Part shown: positions 62,341 through 64,000 of the stretch, in pieces
How positions within the stretch are numbered: position 1 is the first letter of the stretch
Layout of the letters: each line of letters opens with the position of its first letter
Source: Minisyncoccota bacterium
GTDB lineage: Bacteria; Patescibacteriota; Minisyncoccia; JAHIHE01; JAGLIN01
DNA length: 64,000 nt
Direction of reading: 5' to 3'
Assembly: GCA_041661265.1 (NCBI GenBank)
Contig: JBAZUT010000002.1
Location: 140,316 to 204,315, forward strand
Program-made: the position numbers and the translations under genes
The notes under the pieces: generated by a model
Databases searched by the model: none
What the model was told of the DNA's origin: nothing
Seen by the model: the letters and a program-made list of their open reading frames with translations, nothing else

Positions 62341-62363
62341 TTTTGTTTTAAACTTCTGAATTA

Positions 62364-62936
62364 TTAGTAAGACTCTTTTATCTGAACCCCTCCCTCGCCG
62401 ATCGCCGTGATATCCGTAACCTCTCCGCATTTATTGATCATTAATTTATATGCATCATTATCTTTTTGGAATGGGACCATTTTATCCTGTCCATCGATCT
62501 TCAAAGTGAATCCTGCTATATCGCATTTTTCACCTGTCAGAACCCGAACCTTGATCTCCCCAAGATCGTCTTTACATTCTCCTTTTGCGATCACAGCAAG
62601 TCTTCCGCCGCATTCCGTGACGTCGGCGTTCGCCTTTTCCCTGTCGGACTTTTCGCGATATTTCTTTTCGATAACATCATTGAGATCGGCTGTTTCAATC
62701 CCATAATTTCCTCCGCAGTCGTATATCTTGCAGCTTTTCGATTCCCGCTCATTGCATAGGTAATTGAGATCGCAACTCTTATCAGCGCAATTATCTTTCA
62801 ATATGCTGCATTTTGCGAAATCAATGCCCTTTTCACCGGCTTCTCGCTTGGACAATACGACAGCCAGGATCGCTCCCAATATAAAAATCGACGAAATAAA
62901 AACAAACAGGGCAATATCTATATTTTTATTTTTCAT
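62364..62936 (-). CDS. single-pass membrane protein, Cys-rich extracellular domain
   Basis: N-terminal TM followed by about 10 Cys. Confidence 0.75.
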   Translation of the reverse strand: MKNKNIDIALFVFISSIFILGAILAVVLSKREAGEKGIDFAKCSILKDNCADKSCDLNYLCNERESKSCKIYDCGGNYGIETADLNDVIEKKYREKSDREKANADVTECGGRLAVIAKGECKDDLGEIKVRVLTGEKCDIAGFTLKIDGQDKMVPFQKDNDAYKLMINKCGEVTDITAIGEGGVQIKESY

Positions 62937-62958
62937 TTTTATCTCTTTCTATATTGAA

Positions 62959-63291
62959 TTAGAACGTTTTGTCAAACGGATTATCCCTGCTATTCGGAGT
63001 GCTTTTCTTGATCAGATTATCCAGCTTGTCGTTATATTTATATTCCCCGAATTGTTTATTTCCGACAAGGCTCTTTATCCCTTCACCGGACATCATTCTC
63101 TCATATCTCTCATAAGGATTAAGGCTTATAGCGGCATAATCGCCTATATCGCTTTCTCCGACAACCAGCGAAAACGAGTAATAGATTGCGACCGCAAAAA
63201 ACATGATAAACATAAAGACAGAGAATATGGTATCTTTTCTTCCCTTTACTCCATTTAAAAAATTTTCACTGTTTAACGTTTTAAAATTCAT
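62959..63291 (-). CDS. small single-pass protein downstream of PilO (PilP position)
   Basis: TM, C-terminal R.NPF motif, synteny. Confidence 0.6.
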   Translation of the reverse strand: MNFKTLNSENFLNGVKGRKDTIFSVFMFIMFFAVAIYYSFSLVVGESDIGDYAAISLNPYERYERMMSGEGIKSLVGNKQFGEYKYNDKLDNLIKKSTPNSRDNPFDKTF

Positions 63292-63302
63292 TTCCGAATA
63301 AA

Positions 63303-63929
63303 TTAATAATAATATGAACTCATTACAATACTCGCGCTAACGGTCTTATTCGTATTTTCAGCGACAATCGCGTCCGCCTCTTTTTGCGCAGTTTTATCGC
63401 TCACGGAAATGCTCAAATTGCTTATTCTGAGCATAGGTACATTGCGCTCGATTGAATGGATAAACATCAGGACATCGCCATAGTCTCCACTGGCTTGGAA
63501 TCCATAATTGACCACTTTCGCCTCTCCGCCGCTAAGACTGATCGCGCCCGCATCTGCTTTTGACGCGATCCCCAAACCGCTCAGCTCAACCTTCATAACT
63601 CTCGCCAATATGTCCAAATTGGACAGGTGAAATTCTATCTTATCATCCACAGGAATGAACGTCTTGATCTTTTCAACGTCGCTTTCGCTTACATCTCTCA
63701 CCTTTCTCTCAAAAGATCGCATTTTGGCAAGAGTCTGATTTTTTTTATCAAGATTGGCGCTTCTCAATCCGTCCTCCAGTTCTGCTATCTTCATATTTTT
63801 ATACGCAGGAACAATAAATGAGAAGAAAAGGACCATCCCGAAAATGAATGACGCGATTGAAAACATCATTTTTCCCGACAAAATTCCTTTTGTGCTGCTA
63901 ACAGTCAATATATCAGGTCCTATGTTCAT
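63303..63929 (-). CDS. type IV pilus assembly protein PilO-like
   Basis: TM, coiled coil, FIP, ASGDYGDVLMFIHSIERNVPMLRISNLSI, terminal YYY. Confidence 0.8.
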   Translation of the reverse strand: MNIGPDILTVSSTKGILSGKMMFSIASFIFGMVLFFSFIVPAYKNMKIAELEDGLRSANLDKKNQTLAKMRSFERKVRDVSESDVEKIKTFIPVDDKIEFHLSNLDILARVMKVELSGLGIASKADAGAISLSGGEAKVVNYGFQASGDYGDVLMFIHSIERNVPMLRISNLSISVSDKTAQKEADAIVAENTNKTVSASIVMSSYYY

Positions 63930-64000
63930 TTTGTTCTATTGATAATTTTATATGACATTTCTCGATCACGGCTTTTATTTTTGATCATCTTCACCGTTTA

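Noticed and set aside
63930-64000. C-terminus of an upstream PilN
   Set aside because: Expected from synteny, but only a few codons are visible, so it cannot be supported.

Overview
The window looks like chromosomal DNA from a Patescibacteria (CPR, Parcubacteria-type) bacterium using the standard genetic code. This assignment is inferred from gene content, the repeat families and the pilus/adhesin architecture. The left half (1-31.7 kb) carries housekeeping genes: queF, purF, a Dus, ftsEX, frameshifted prfB, gyrB, pheST, fni and six tRNA genes without encoded CCA. These are interspersed with self-contained orphan genes, a MITE, REP-like palindromes, heptamer repeats and degenerate tRNA copies. 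It also holds a stand-alone glycyl-radical/Zn domain of a class III ribonucleotide reductase. The right half (31.7-64 kb) is one minus-strand type IV pilus locus with PilO, PilC and four minor pilins. It contains five large secreted proteins, each preceded by a small single-pass membrane protein. Three giants (2650, 1164 and ~2818 aa) end in the same K-W-[ND]-E-x-x-P motif, and two others resemble tail fibres. The best candidates for an undescribed system are (1) a set of interchangeable pilus-tip adhesins sharing a C-terminal docking strand, and (2) a possible GrcA-like spare part for NrdD. All calls come from reading motifs by eye; no database searches were run.
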